Source: Candidatus Bathyarchaeia archaeon
Lineage (GTDB): Archaea > Thermoproteota > Bathyarchaeia > 40CM-2-53-6
Assembly (NCBI GenBank): GCA_049521055.1
Contig: JBEKPE010000003.1
Span: 1 to 48,649, forward strand
Reading direction: 5' to 3'
Length of the DNA: 48,649 bases
Part shown: piece by piece, positions 1 to 10,048 of the stretch
How the letters are laid out: every line of letters begins with the position of its first letter
Numbering within the stretch: the stretch's first letter is position 1
Notes under the pieces: model-generated
The model's input: the letters and a program-made list of their open reading frames with translations, nothing else
Told to the model about the DNA's origin: nothing
Databases searched by the model: none
Program-made: the position numbers and the translations under genes

Positions 1-399
1 GGGATTGTGGGATTGGGAATGGGGTTTACGCCGTCCGGGGACGATCTGCTAGGAGGATTTCTCGCCACGTACAATTCGTTTGCACACGTAGTTAGTCACA
101 AAACAATCAGCCTTGAGTTTGACGCTCTCATGAGCAGAACGAGCTGGATAAGCGCGAAATTGCTGGACTATATGCAAAGGCGAGTGCTTGACGATCAAGT
201 AGCCACACTCATCGACTCCGCAAGCGCCCACGATAGCGACGCCTTCGTCCTAGCGCTCGAAACTTTGCTGCCGAGAGGTCACACTTCGGGCATTGATATT
301 CTAGTTGGGGTGTTGCTCGCTCTTGGGATTATACATGATCTCTCTGAGCAAGATGAGATTGCGCACATTGTTGCCAAAAGACTGGGATTGTTGCTATAG
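1..399 (+). CDS. DUF2877 (YlbF/YahE/AllH-like) protein, C-terminal part; start lies outside the window
   Basis: GLGxGxTPSGDD and GHTSGxD motifs typical of DUF2877. Confidence 0.8.
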   Translation, partial: GIVGLGMGFTPSGDDLLGGFLATYNSFAHVVSHKTISLEFDALMSRTSWISAKLLDYMQRRVLDDQVATLIDSASAHDSDAFVLALETLLPRGHTSGIDILVGVLLALGIIHDLSEQDEIAHIVAKRLGLLL

Positions 400-479
400 G
401 ATCGAGTCTTTCCATTCTTGGTCTCATGTCGTAAGTGCTAAAAGCCTGCCCAGAAAACCTGCTGTCGGAGTTATGTCAG

Positions 480-1202
480 ATGGCTTTTGAACCACCCTGT
501 CCAGTCACACTCACAGAAGTTAAAATAAGCGTACAGGACCTTGAACCGATCCTTCGCCCTCCCGAATCACCTCTTCTCAAGAAGAGCTACAGTCCAAGAT
601 TGCTGAAGCTTCCAGACGGGAAGAAAATGGTCGTGCGGATGGCGACCATGGAAGATGTCCCGGTAATTTTGAAAACCACACGTTCAATTATGGATGAAGA
701 GAAAGATTTCTACGACCTGGTCGCATCCCGCGTCTATGGAGAGGTTCTCTCTTACAAGCGGAAACGCGTCAAGGACTACTACTGCCTAGTCGGAGTTCTG
801 GAAGGAGAACTTGCCGCCATAGCCAACGCACGACTGTGGGACGAGAAAGTCGCCATTAGCCTTCATACGATGACCTTCAAACGCGGCGCAGGAATTGGCG
901 CATTAATGTACCTAGCCAAGATGGAGCACGCCTTCGAAAACCTTGGGGTTGAGGAATGGTGGGCTACCTACGAGAGCTATACGGGAATCAGATATTGGGG
1001 ACTCGGCCTTGCTCAATTTCAGAAGCCCTACCCACAAATCCAACATGAGCTAGGAGGCGCCAGAGTCTTCTTCAACACGAAGGAGCAATGGTACAACTTC
1101 GTCAAACCAAAGTACGAAAAACGCCTCGGCGAACGACCTGTGCCAAGTGACGTGCTGAAGCAATCACAGAATCCAAAGATGCCGGAACACATAGACCTCT
1201 AA
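480..1202 (+). CDS. GNAT-fold N-acetyltransferase-like protein
   Basis: VVRMATMED N-terminal motif and RGAGIG acetyl-CoA-binding loop; ATG at 480 preferred over GTG at 435. Confidence 0.65.
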   Translation: MAFEPPCPVTLTEVKISVQDLEPILRPPESPLLKKSYSPRLLKLPDGKKMVVRMATMEDVPVILKTTRSIMDEEKDFYDLVASRVYGEVLSYKRKRVKDYYCLVGVLEGELAAIANARLWDEKVAISLHTMTFKRGAGIGALMYLAKMEHAFENLGVEEWWATYESYTGIRYWGLGLAQFQKPYPQIQHELGGARVFFNTKEQWYNFVKPKYEKRLGERPVPSDVLKQSQNPKMPEHIDL

Positions 1203-1350
1203 AACTAGCCAACAACCTCTTTGACGGTCGGCTTATTGAAGAAGCCAACTACGCCCCTTTCGCAATTTTTTCGCAGTGATCGTACTTTCGTTGTCGGAAA
1301 TCAGAGACGCCGCTTAAGAGATTGGAACCCTCCTCATCCGCGGATAGAGT

Positions 1351-2505
1351 TTGCGAGATGTCTACGTAACTGGCGTTTCCATGACCAAGTTTGGAAAGCG
1401 CCAAGACAAAGGATTGATTGGGTTAGCCGTTGAGGCTGGTCTTGGCGCTCTGAATGATGCCGGACAGAATGAGCTGAAGGTTGACGCTGTTTACGTTGGA
1501 AATGCGTCTTCTGGCCAATTCCACCAAATGGAAAACCTTGGCCCAATAGTGGCCGAACAGTTAGGCTTACTGCCTTGCGAGGCGGAGCGGATCGAAAACA
1601 CATCGGCTTCAGGTTCCTGCGCAATCAAGGAAGCGTACCGAGCGGTTGCAGGCGGATTCTTAGACACAGCTCTTGTCGTGGGCGTCGAAAAGATGACGCA
1701 TTTGCCGACGGACGAGGTTACAAAAATCATCGCATCAAGTATGACTCATCCCACTGGTGAAACGGTTCACGGAGCAAGCATGCCAGCCTTGGCAGCCATG
1801 TTCACGCGCAGATACCTGGAAAAGTTCGGATTGACAACCAGGCATCTGGCGATGGTGGCGGCAAAAAATCATAGCAATGCGACTTTGAATCCTTACGCTC
1901 ACCTCCAGAAGAAGATCAGCGTCGAGGACGCGCTATCCTCCCCAATTATCGCCGACCCGCTTAGGCTGACTGATTGTGCTCCCATAACAGACGGAGCTGC
2001 AGCGGTTCTACTCCAATCAGAGAATCGCGGATCTAAACCCGCCGTACGGATTCGAGGAGTGGGTCATTCGACGGATAGACAGATGTTCTACCAACGACGC
2101 GAAGAATACGCGATCGAAGCGGTCAAGGATGCTGGACAGAAGGCGTTCAAGAGCGCTAGCCGAACGCCCAGTGACATAGACATAGCTGAGCTTCACGACG
2201 CTTTCACAGTTCTCGAAATTGTTGAAAGCGAGGATCTTGGGTTCTTCCCGAAAGGCGAAGGCGCAAGAGCCCTCGAGCAGGGACGGACGCAGTTGAATGG
2301 GGATTTGCCGATAAACACCAGCGGCGGCCTCAAAGCTCGTGGCCATCCCCTTGGAGCGACCGGAGTGGCACAGGTGGTTGAATTGGTGTGGCAATTGCGC
2401 GGTGAAGCGGGCCAGAGGCAGGTTGCAGACCCCAGAACGGCCCTATCATGTAACTTCGCGGGGCTAGGTAATAGTGTGGTCGTCACGATTCTGGAAAGGA
2501 GTTGA
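1351..2505 (+). CDS. Thiolase-superfamily protein (SCP2/archaeal type)
   Basis: GVEKM, ELHDAF and INTSGGLKARGHPLGATG motifs; the usual CASG nucleophile reads SASG. Confidence 0.9.
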   Translation: MRDVYVTGVSMTKFGKRQDKGLIGLAVEAGLGALNDAGQNELKVDAVYVGNASSGQFHQMENLGPIVAEQLGLLPCEAERIENTSASGSCAIKEAYRAVAGGFLDTALVVGVEKMTHLPTDEVTKIIASSMTHPTGETVHGASMPALAAMFTRRYLEKFGLTTRHLAMVAAKNHSNATLNPYAHLQKKISVEDALSSPIIADPLRLTDCAPITDGAAAVLLQSENRGSKPAVRIRGVGHSTDRQMFYQRREEYAIEAVKDAGQKAFKSASRTPSDIDIAELHDAFTVLEIVESEDLGFFPKGEGARALEQGRTQLNGDLPINTSGGLKARGHPLGATGVAQVVELVWQLRGEAGQRQVADPRTALSCNFAGLGNSVVVTILERS

Positions 2506-2876
2506 ATAGTTTGGTCGTGAATGTTGAGCAAGTGGCACGCGAAAAGAGACTGCAGGGATCAAAATGTGAAAGGTGTGGAAGCGTAAGCTTTCCGGCGTTA
2601 TCGGTCTGTCCGAAGTGCGGACCTGCATACGCCAAAGATGTTTTCTCAACGGAGCTTCCCACAATGGGGACCGTGGTAACCTGGACTTGGCTTCAGGTAG
2701 CCCCGAAGGGTTTTCCTACACCCCTTCTACACTGCGTACTCGACGTGGGGACAGTCAAGATATTCGGAACAGTGCAAGGAGCATCAAGTATCGAGAACGG
2801 GGATAGACTGATGATCGCCGAAGACCAAAACGGCAGGTTTCCATTCATCTTCTGCCGTCCGCCGAAAAGTTCTTGA
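2502..2876 (+). CDS. DUF35 Zn-ribbon/OB-fold protein (thiolase partner)
   Basis: CxxC...CPxC followed by GTVVTWT; overlaps the thiolase stop codon. Confidence 0.9.
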   Translation: MNSLVVNVEQVAREKRLQGSKCERCGSVSFPALSVCPKCGPAYAKDVFSTELPTMGTVVTWTWLQVAPKGFPTPLLHCVLDVGTVKIFGTVQGASSIENGDRLMIAEDQNGRFPFIFCRPPKSS

Positions 2877-2916
2877 AATTAGCAACGATATACTTGGAAG
2901 AGGAGCCGATCTCCGG

Positions 2917-4923
2917 TCAATCCTTCTGAAGTTCTGGCAGAATCTTCTCGAAATAATCAAGAGATTTGGGGTTCATCAATGCATCTCGGTTTGTCACCGG
3001 TTTTCCGTCGAAGATGTTTCGAACAGCGCTCTCGACTTTTTTCATGTTGAACGTGTAGGGTATTCCGGGCGCCTCAAGAATCAGTGCTGGAACGTGTCTC
3101 GGGGATGCGTTTTCGCGGAGCGACCGCTTGATCTCGGTTTTCAGCTTTTCCGTCAGAGTGTAGCCGGGTGCAAGTTTGACGAAGAGAATCACGCGTTGAT
3201 CCCCCTTCCAATTCTGACCGACGACTAGACTGTCGGCGACCTCGGGCATTTTCTCTACTATCGCATAGATTTCAGCTGTCCCGATCCGCACGCCGGATGG
3301 TTTCAGGACGCTGTCCGAGCGGCCGAGGAAAGTCAACCCGTGCGTGTCCCCGTGGATGATGACGTAGTCGCCGTGTCTCCAAACGTTCTTTCCCATGGGA
3401 CCGAAGAAATTGAAGTAGGCTTCCTTGTATTTCTCATTGCCCGGGTCGTCCCAGAAATAGATCGGCATGGAGGGGGACGGAGCCTCGCAAACTAACTCGC
3501 CCTCCTGGTCGACGACTTGGTTGCCCTTTTCGTCGTAGGCAGTCACCTTCATTCCGAGGTAAGGCGCGGCTAGTTCACCAGCGTAAACGGGAAGCAATGG
3601 ATTTCCGCCCGCAAAGACGCCGTTGATATCGGTGCCGCCTGAAATTGAGTTGAACAGCAAATCCTCCTTGATTTCTTTGTAAATCCATTCAAATCCCTCG
3701 GCTGAGAGGGATGATCCAGTCTGAGATATTTCTCGTAGTGATGAGAGGTCGCAGATTTGGCAGGGTTTAGCTTCTATGCTTCTGAGATAGTTGATGTAGG
3801 TTGCACTGCAACCGAAGATAGTGATGCCCTCGTCTTGGATGAGCTTCCACATTGTCCCCCAGTTTGGGTAGTTGGGGTTTCCGTCGTAGAGAATGACAGT
3901 GGCTCCGGATCCTAAGGAGCTTACCAACCAATTCCACATCATCCAGCTGGCTGAAGTTATGTATGTAATTTTGTCATCGCGTTTCAGGTCAGCGTGCAGC
4001 ATTGTGTCCTTCAGTTCGTTTAGAAGCACACCTACTCCTTGCACCATGCATTTGGGTTTCCCAGTTGTCCCGGAAGAGAACATTATGTATACGGGTTGGT
4101 CGAAGGACAACTGCTCGAATTGAATCTGGGGTTCCGAATTTGAGGATAGAATATCGTCGTAAAGAAAGAACCCCGGGTAATCTGGAAGGGACGGCTTCTC
4201 GGTCAAGTAAGGAACTACGATTGTTCTTTGTAAGGATGGGATTGCTTTCGCGATCTCCCCCGCATGGCGAAGAATGTTGAAGGGCTTGTCTCCGTAAAAG
4301 TATCCGTCTGAAGTGAACATTATTTTCGGTTGAATCTGCCCGAAACGGTCCAAGACTGCGGAAGGCCCGAGTTCACTGCCACAGGAGGCCCAAGCCGCGC
4401 CAACGCTAGTGCAAGCCAGCATTGCGACAACCGTCTCAATCATATTTGGCATGTACGCGCATGCCCTGTCTCCAGGTTGCAGGCCCTGCGACCGAAGCCA
4501 TTTCGCTAATCTAGCAACACTACTATGCAGCTGAGCGTACGACATTCGAGCAGTTTTCCTGGCCTCACCTCTAAAGACAAACGCGGGGCGATCGTCTTGG
4601 AATTTGAGGAGATTTTCTGCAAAGTTCAGTTTGGCCCCAGGGAACCATTTTGCCCCGGGAAACTTGCCAAGGTCGTCGACGACCACGTCGTATCCCCGTG
4701 AGGATCTAATATCGGCGAACTGCCACATTGCGGCCCAAAAGTCAGGAATCGCGTCAACCGACCATTTGTGCAGCTGCCAATAAGATTCAAGCTTCAGTCC
4801 GTATTTTCTGTTCACGAAGTCAATGAACGTAGCCATATTCGACTGTTTAACACGTTCTCGCGAAGGAGTCCAGAGTAATTGTCCCAAGAGACACCCCTCC
4901 ACAGTTTTGAGGATGCTTACCAA
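2917..4923 (-). CDS. Acetoacetate-CoA ligase (AMP-forming)
   Basis: YIMFSSGTTGKPKC, SISGGTD, WRHGD, GRSDSVLKPSGVRIGTAEIY. Confidence 0.93.
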   Translation of the reverse strand: MVSILKTVEGCLLGQLLWTPSRERVKQSNMATFIDFVNRKYGLKLESYWQLHKWSVDAIPDFWAAMWQFADIRSSRGYDVVVDDLGKFPGAKWFPGAKLNFAENLLKFQDDRPAFVFRGEARKTARMSYAQLHSSVARLAKWLRSQGLQPGDRACAYMPNMIETVVAMLACTSVGAAWASCGSELGPSAVLDRFGQIQPKIMFTSDGYFYGDKPFNILRHAGEIAKAIPSLQRTIVVPYLTEKPSLPDYPGFFLYDDILSSNSEPQIQFEQLSFDQPVYIMFSSGTTGKPKCMVQGVGVLLNELKDTMLHADLKRDDKITYITSASWMMWNWLVSSLGSGATVILYDGNPNYPNWGTMWKLIQDEGITIFGCSATYINYLRSIEAKPCQICDLSSLREISQTGSSLSAEGFEWIYKEIKEDLLFNSISGGTDINGVFAGGNPLLPVYAGELAAPYLGMKVTAYDEKGNQVVDQEGELVCEAPSPSMPIYFWDDPGNEKYKEAYFNFFGPMGKNVWRHGDYVIIHGDTHGLTFLGRSDSVLKPSGVRIGTAEIYAIVEKMPEVADSLVVGQNWKGDQRVILFVKLAPGYTLTEKLKTEIKRSLRENASPRHVPALILEAPGIPYTFNMKKVESAVRNIFDGKPVTNRDALMNPKSLDYFEKILPELQKD

Positions 4924-4980
4924 TCTAGAGAGTTAGGGTATAGTACCATCGCGTTAGACCTCGTTATGTCTCAACCAAGG

Positions 4981-4987
4981 TTTAAAT
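4981..4987. promoter_or_regulatory. Probable archaeal TATA box (TTTAAAT) in the divergent ligase/helicase intergenic region
   Basis: TTTAAA element between divergently oriented genes. Confidence 0.4.
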
Positions 4988-5138
4988 GATAGTGTGGCCT
5001 GACGGCTTACACGAACGGAAACCGTGCGGACGATAGAGAAGTTCTGCACAGCGAAACTAGAACGCGGTTATCCCGAAACGTGGAAGCTTAGCTGTTCTGT
5101 TTTCTGAAAGCGGTTTACGTAGGAAACAAGAAATCAGA

Positions 5139-6314
5139 ATGCAAAAATTCGAAGAACTCCCGATAGCGGGAGAAATAGTTCAGAGCCTGAACGAAATTGG
5201 TCTTCGGGAAATGTTCCCGATTCAGGCTGCCGCAATCCTTCCCCTATTACAACGCAGGGATGTGATTGGACAGGCAAAAACCGGCACGGGCAAAACCGCA
5301 GCCTTCGGCATACCCATGATTCAGGGCGTCGACAAGTCACTAGACGCGGTCCAAGGACTAGTTCTGGTTCCCACCAGGGAATTGGCAGTTCAAGTTGCAT
5401 CCGACCTCAATAGGTACGGCAAGCATCTTTCGGTCAAGGCGCTCGCCGTCTACGGCGGCCAACCGATCTACGGTCAGATGGAGGCACTCCAAAGGACAGT
5501 TCACATCGTAGTTGGAACACCAGGTAGGATAATCGACCATCTCCGAAGGGGAACGCTACTCCTCGACAACGCGAACTTCGTTGTCCTCGATGAAGCCGAC
5601 CGCATGCTCGACATGGGCTTCATAGAAGATATCGAATTCATCCTAAGTCGAACATCTCCAGACAAACAGACTGCAATGTTCTCTGCAACCATGCCAGATG
5701 AAATCCTTTCCCTAGCCTCCAGGAACATGTACAATCCTGAGAAGATTTTGGTCAGCAGAGACGAAATTGCAGTTGAGGAGATCGAACAACTCTACCGACA
5801 AGTGGATCCGGAGCGCAAGTTTCAGGCTCTCTCCGATATTATGGATCAAAAGTCGGTCGATCGCGCTTTGATCTTCTGTTCAACTAAGATCGGAGCCGAC
5901 CGTCTTGGATACAAGCTTAGCAGAGTACGAAGAGACGTGGCAGTAATACATGGTGACCTCACACAACCTCAACGTGAAAGAGCTTTAGAGAATTTCCGTA
6001 GAGGCCGAGTTCGATTCTTAGTAGCCACGGATGTTGCATCACGCGGACTAGACATTAGCGGTATAACTCATGTCGTAAACTACGACGTACCCAGCGACCC
6101 ACTGCTCTATTTCCATAGAATAGGGAGGACAGGGCGCGCGGGGGCAAGCGGAGTCGCAGTAACGTTGGTCTCTCGCCGCGAAATGATGGACTTGAGACGT
6201 ATCCAGAGCATGACTAACACAAGGATGCATGAGTTACCGGACCAATGGAGCCAAGGACCAGCAAGAAGCACATCAGATTTCCATCGAGTTCCATTTGCCC
6301 ATACAACTCACTAG
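5139..6314 (+). CDS. DEAD-box RNA helicase
   Basis: Q motif, AKTGTGKT, PTRELA, DEAD, SAT, HRIGRTGR. Confidence 0.97.
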   Translation: MQKFEELPIAGEIVQSLNEIGLREMFPIQAAAILPLLQRRDVIGQAKTGTGKTAAFGIPMIQGVDKSLDAVQGLVLVPTRELAVQVASDLNRYGKHLSVKALAVYGGQPIYGQMEALQRTVHIVVGTPGRIIDHLRRGTLLLDNANFVVLDEADRMLDMGFIEDIEFILSRTSPDKQTAMFSATMPDEILSLASRNMYNPEKILVSRDEIAVEEIEQLYRQVDPERKFQALSDIMDQKSVDRALIFCSTKIGADRLGYKLSRVRRDVAVIHGDLTQPQRERALENFRRGRVRFLVATDVASRGLDISGITHVVNYDVPSDPLLYFHRIGRTGRAGASGVAVTLVSRREMMDLRRIQSMTNTRMHELPDQWSQGPARSTSDFHRVPFAHTTH

Positions 6315-6405
6315 AGCTAACATTCAATAGACACACCATCAACCTGAAACCCTGAGAGTGAAAAATACGCCAAGACAAATTAGAAACAGAAACGTCCGCA
6401 CCGAG

Positions 6406-6549
6406 ATGAAAACCTTAGAGTGCTTACGCTGCCATAAAATGGTCAGACTGGACGAATACAAATCTCACTTGTCAACCTGCGGCGTCGCGCAGCAACCCAC
6501 TCCGACCCCACCTACACCCGACCTACCCCAAACAAAACAGGAAAACTAG
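6406..6549 (+). CDS. Small C2HC zinc-finger protein
   Basis: MKTLECLRC...YKSHLSTC (CxxC-x11-HxxxC) with a Pro-rich tail. Confidence 0.55.
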   Translation: MKTLECLRCHKMVRLDEYKSHLSTCGVAQQPTPTPPTPDLPQTKQEN

Positions 6550-6659
6550 GAACATAATTTCCTCTCAGCGTAGATACTCCGTCTTACCCTGCTCGTAACC
6601 CAACGCAGTCTGAAGCCCCTCCATATCCGGAATATTCCCGTAATCACCTCTAACCGTTA

Positions 6660-6680
6660 CGACTAGCGCCGCGCTAGTCG
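6660..6680. repeat. Perfect 9-bp inverted repeat (hairpin)
   Basis: CGACTAGCG-CCG-CGCTAGTCG, intergenic upstream of thiL. Confidence 0.6.
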
Positions 6681-6791
6681 CCGCGGCAAGCAGAGCTCTC
6701 TGAACACAACCCACTATTCAAAATATGTATAATGAGCGGACATCCAGTAGCCTAATTCCAGGAGGGTTTCGCGTCGGGATCACTAAAACAG

Positions 6792-7763
6792 TTGGGCGAG
6801 CTTGAGGTAATCCGAATAATAGAACGCTCTCTTGGCACGAACCCACGAACTGTAGTTGGTTTCGGCGATGACGTTTCCGCAGTTAGGCTAGCCAAGCATC
6901 AAGTGGCGGTGCTGAAGACCGACATGTTGGTTGGCAGCACGGATGTCCCGCCTGGAATGAGTATGAGACAGACCGCTCGAAAGGCCGTGGTGGCAAACGT
7001 CAGTGATCTGGCAGCAAAGGGCGCACGGCCTTTTGCTGGAATCGTTGCCCTAGGATTACCAGCGAGACTTACGAGGAAAGATGTGAAGGAGATTGCTGCT
7101 GGGTTGGCTGGGTGTGCTAGGGAATATGGGTTCCCACTGGTAGGCGGCGACACTAACGAATCGAACGACCTTGTGATATCGATCGCATTGTTCGCTCTCA
7201 TGGACGAGAGGCGGATCATTCTTCGGTCCGGGGCTAGAGTCGGCGATATAGTCGCTGTAACCAATGACTTCGGAAATGCATCCGCCGGTTTGAAAGCGGT
7301 TCTGGAAGGGAGAGTTCGCCCGGACATGTTGCCGCCCGCCTTGGCTAAGGCAGTCTACCGTCCCCGGGCGGAATTAGAGTTAGGCCTAAGACTTGCTGCC
7401 TCAGGTGCGCTGAGTGCGTCAATAGACTCAAGCGACGGCCTAGCCTGGAGCCTCCACGAATTGGCGAAGATGAGTAAGGTGGGAATACAGGTTCAACACG
7501 TACCGATCAGCCAAGCCGCGAAGCAGTTCGCGTTCAACTGCGGATACAACGCCGCTGACCTAGCACTGTATGGCGGAGAAGAGTACAACCTCGTAGTCAC
7601 TGTCAGACCCAACCAGTTTCGAATTGCGCAAAGGGCGGCACGTGGAAGGTTGAAACCGATCGGGGTTGTAACTCCAAGAGCTCGCGGTGTACGTCTCGTG
7701 AAGAATAAACATGAAGTCAAGATAGCGATGAAAGGTTGGGAACACTTTCGACGCCAGAAATAA
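6792..7763 (+). CDS. thiL: Thiamine-monophosphate kinase
   Basis: GDDxSA, NVSDLAAKGA, GGDT, DSSDGL, GGEEY, GWEHF. Confidence 0.95.
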   Translation: MGELEVIRIIERSLGTNPRTVVGFGDDVSAVRLAKHQVAVLKTDMLVGSTDVPPGMSMRQTARKAVVANVSDLAAKGARPFAGIVALGLPARLTRKDVKEIAAGLAGCAREYGFPLVGGDTNESNDLVISIALFALMDERRIILRSGARVGDIVAVTNDFGNASAGLKAVLEGRVRPDMLPPALAKAVYRPRAELELGLRLAASGALSASIDSSDGLAWSLHELAKMSKVGIQVQHVPISQAAKQFAFNCGYNAADLALYGGEEYNLVVTVRPNQFRIAQRAARGRLKPIGVVTPRARGVRLVKNKHEVKIAMKGWEHFRRQK

Positions 7764-7797
7764 GCTAGACTCCAAGAAAGAAGATCGAGACATCGCT

Positions 7798-8436
7798 ATG
7801 ACGAGATTCAGAGTACCGTATTACCAACAAAGCTCCGAGTTTAGTTGTGGCCCGGCTTGCGTACTAATGGTAATGAAGCATTTCGAACCACGCTTAGAAC
7901 TTGGGAGGAGTTTAGAGTTCGAGATCTGGCGTCAATGCAACATGATCGGCATAAAGGGTGCCGACGCCTATGGACTGTCCGTTCCACTGATCGATGCCGG
8001 ATACGAAGTTCGCCTACTAACTCAGCGCAGGAGAGTCATCGATCGTGCGCCTTGGAAGAGAAGATTACTCAGGCTTTTCTCTGCCGAGGACATCGAACTT
8101 AGCCTATTTGGAATGAAACAAAACCAGAAACGGGCGCTACGTAGGCATCTTCAGGTTACCTTCAAGCGACCGATAGTTGACGATATCGTGAGACGGGTTA
8201 GGGAAGGTTTCGTTCCCATCGCCCTCGTTCACATGGGTGTCGTGCATTCTTTGAATATCCCGCATTGGGTTGTAGTCACTGATGCTGACAAGACCTCTGT
8301 AGTCTTCAACGATCCATACCCACCTAAAGGGCGAAAAGGGTTAAGGTTGTCTCACACCAAATTCCAGAAAATACTCGATGACATCGGCGTAAGGATTGGG
8401 CTTAGCCCTTCAATTCTTTTCGTTCGCCGAAAATGA
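7798..8436 (+). CDS. Peptidase C39-like protein
   Basis: YYQQSSEFSCGPAC (Cys), PHWVVV (His), FNDP (Asp). Confidence 0.85.
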   Translation: MTRFRVPYYQQSSEFSCGPACVLMVMKHFEPRLELGRSLEFEIWRQCNMIGIKGADAYGLSVPLIDAGYEVRLLTQRRRVIDRAPWKRRLLRLFSAEDIELSLFGMKQNQKRALRRHLQVTFKRPIVDDIVRRVREGFVPIALVHMGVVHSLNIPHWVVVTDADKTSVVFNDPYPPKGRKGLRLSHTKFQKILDDIGVRIGLSPSILFVRRK

Positions 8437-8603
8437 CCATTACCAAACGAGGCCGAGACACTCCGAGGCATGTTGCGTCCAACTTGCTTGATCTCCAGAT
8501 CAGTAAGAATTCATCGAGTACCCCATCGTTGCAAAAAGACCTTAAGGCTTGTAAAGACCGGTATCTTGATTATTCTGATTAATCTGAAAAATGGGACGCA
8601 ATT

Positions 8604-9797
8604 ATGGCGCGTTATACTGTTGTGACCATGCCAGGAGATGGGATCGGCAATCAAGTCGTGCCGGAGGCATTGCGCGTCCTCAAGGCGGTGGGTTTCGATG
8701 CAGAGTATATCCATGCCGACATCGGCTGGGAACTTTGGCGGAGCGAGGGGAACGCGCTGCCTGGTCGCACGATTGACCTGCTGGCCAAGTACAAGCTGGG
8801 ACTGTTTGGCGCGATCACATCCAAACCGAAGAAAGACGCCGAAGCAGAACTGGACCCTAAGCTACGCGATAAAGGATATGTCTACTACAGCCCCATCGTA
8901 ACCATGCGTCAACGCTTCAACCTAGATATCTGCGTGCGGCCCTGCGTAGGCTTCAAGGGCAACCCGCTAAACTACATCCGGAAAAAGCCCGACGGTGGCT
9001 TCGAAGAACCACAGATCAACACAACCATCTTCCGCCAGAACACAGAGGGCATGTACAGTGGGATCGAGTGGACGAACCCTCCGGATAATGTGCGCGCTGC
9101 TCTCGACTCTCATCCCAAATTCAAGGCCTTCGCCCACGTTCCCGGGAAGGACCTCGCAGTAAGCGCGCGGATTATCACTCGCCCTGCGGCGGAGCGGATC
9201 ATCACCGCAGCTTTTGATTTCGCCAAAAAGAAGGGTTTTAAGGCTGTGACCATTTGCGAAAAGCCAAACGTGGTGCGCGAAACCTCTGGCCTAATGGAGG
9301 AAGTCGCGAAGGAAATTCAGAAAACAGAGTTTCCTGACATCCAACTCTGGCGCAACAACATTGATGCGCAGTTAATGTGGTTGAACAAGAACCCCGAAGA
9401 CTTCAACGTAATCGTTGCTTCGAATCTTTTTGGTGATATCCTTTCTGATGCTTTCGCCGGGTTGATCGGTGGGCTAGGCTTCGCCCCTTCCGGAAATGTT
9501 GGGAGCGACATTGCTGTATTCGAACCCACACACGGATCTGCCCCTAAGTATGCGGGGTTGAATCCACCAATCGTAAATCCGATCGCCACGATCCTGGCAG
9601 CCGCAATGCTAGTCGAACATGTCGGCGAATCCGACAAAGCGAAAAAGATCTGGGATGCGGTTGGCGCCGTCGTGAACGAAGGAAAAGTTCGCACTTACGA
9701 CATGATGCGCCTCACCGGCGGGCCGAAAGTACTGCCGCAGGGGGCAGCCTCCACGCCAGTAATGACGGATGCAATTCTAGCTAAGCTCAGCGTGTAG
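8604..9797 (+). CDS. Isocitrate/isopropylmalate dehydrogenase family enzyme
   Basis: PGDGIG, RQNTEG, NLFGDILSD, FEPTHGSAP, NPIATIL. Confidence 0.93.
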   Translation: MARYTVVTMPGDGIGNQVVPEALRVLKAVGFDAEYIHADIGWELWRSEGNALPGRTIDLLAKYKLGLFGAITSKPKKDAEAELDPKLRDKGYVYYSPIVTMRQRFNLDICVRPCVGFKGNPLNYIRKKPDGGFEEPQINTTIFRQNTEGMYSGIEWTNPPDNVRAALDSHPKFKAFAHVPGKDLAVSARIITRPAAERIITAAFDFAKKKGFKAVTICEKPNVVRETSGLMEEVAKEIQKTEFPDIQLWRNNIDAQLMWLNKNPEDFNVIVASNLFGDILSDAFAGLIGGLGFAPSGNVGSDIAVFEPTHGSAPKYAGLNPPIVNPIATILAAAMLVEHVGESDKAKKIWDAVGAVVNEGKVRTYDMMRLTGGPKVLPQGAASTPVMTDAILAKLSV

Positions 9798-10048
9798 AGC
9801 ATTTTCCATGAGTGGAGGACGGAGTCCAAGTTCTCGAACTTTTCCTTAGCTCGCCGTGAGAAATCAGACCGGTTTCACACTTCACGGTTTGTATTACACA
9901 TGTTCTTCACGGTGATTCTTGCATGCAAGGTTTTTCTATTGATGCATGCGCTACGGCCGCGCGAAAAGACATCATGAATTCACCCGAGTTTGATTGAAAT
10001 GATTGGAAAGTGCGCCAGGGTGCCGCGAGAAGGGGTGGATTGAGCCGA

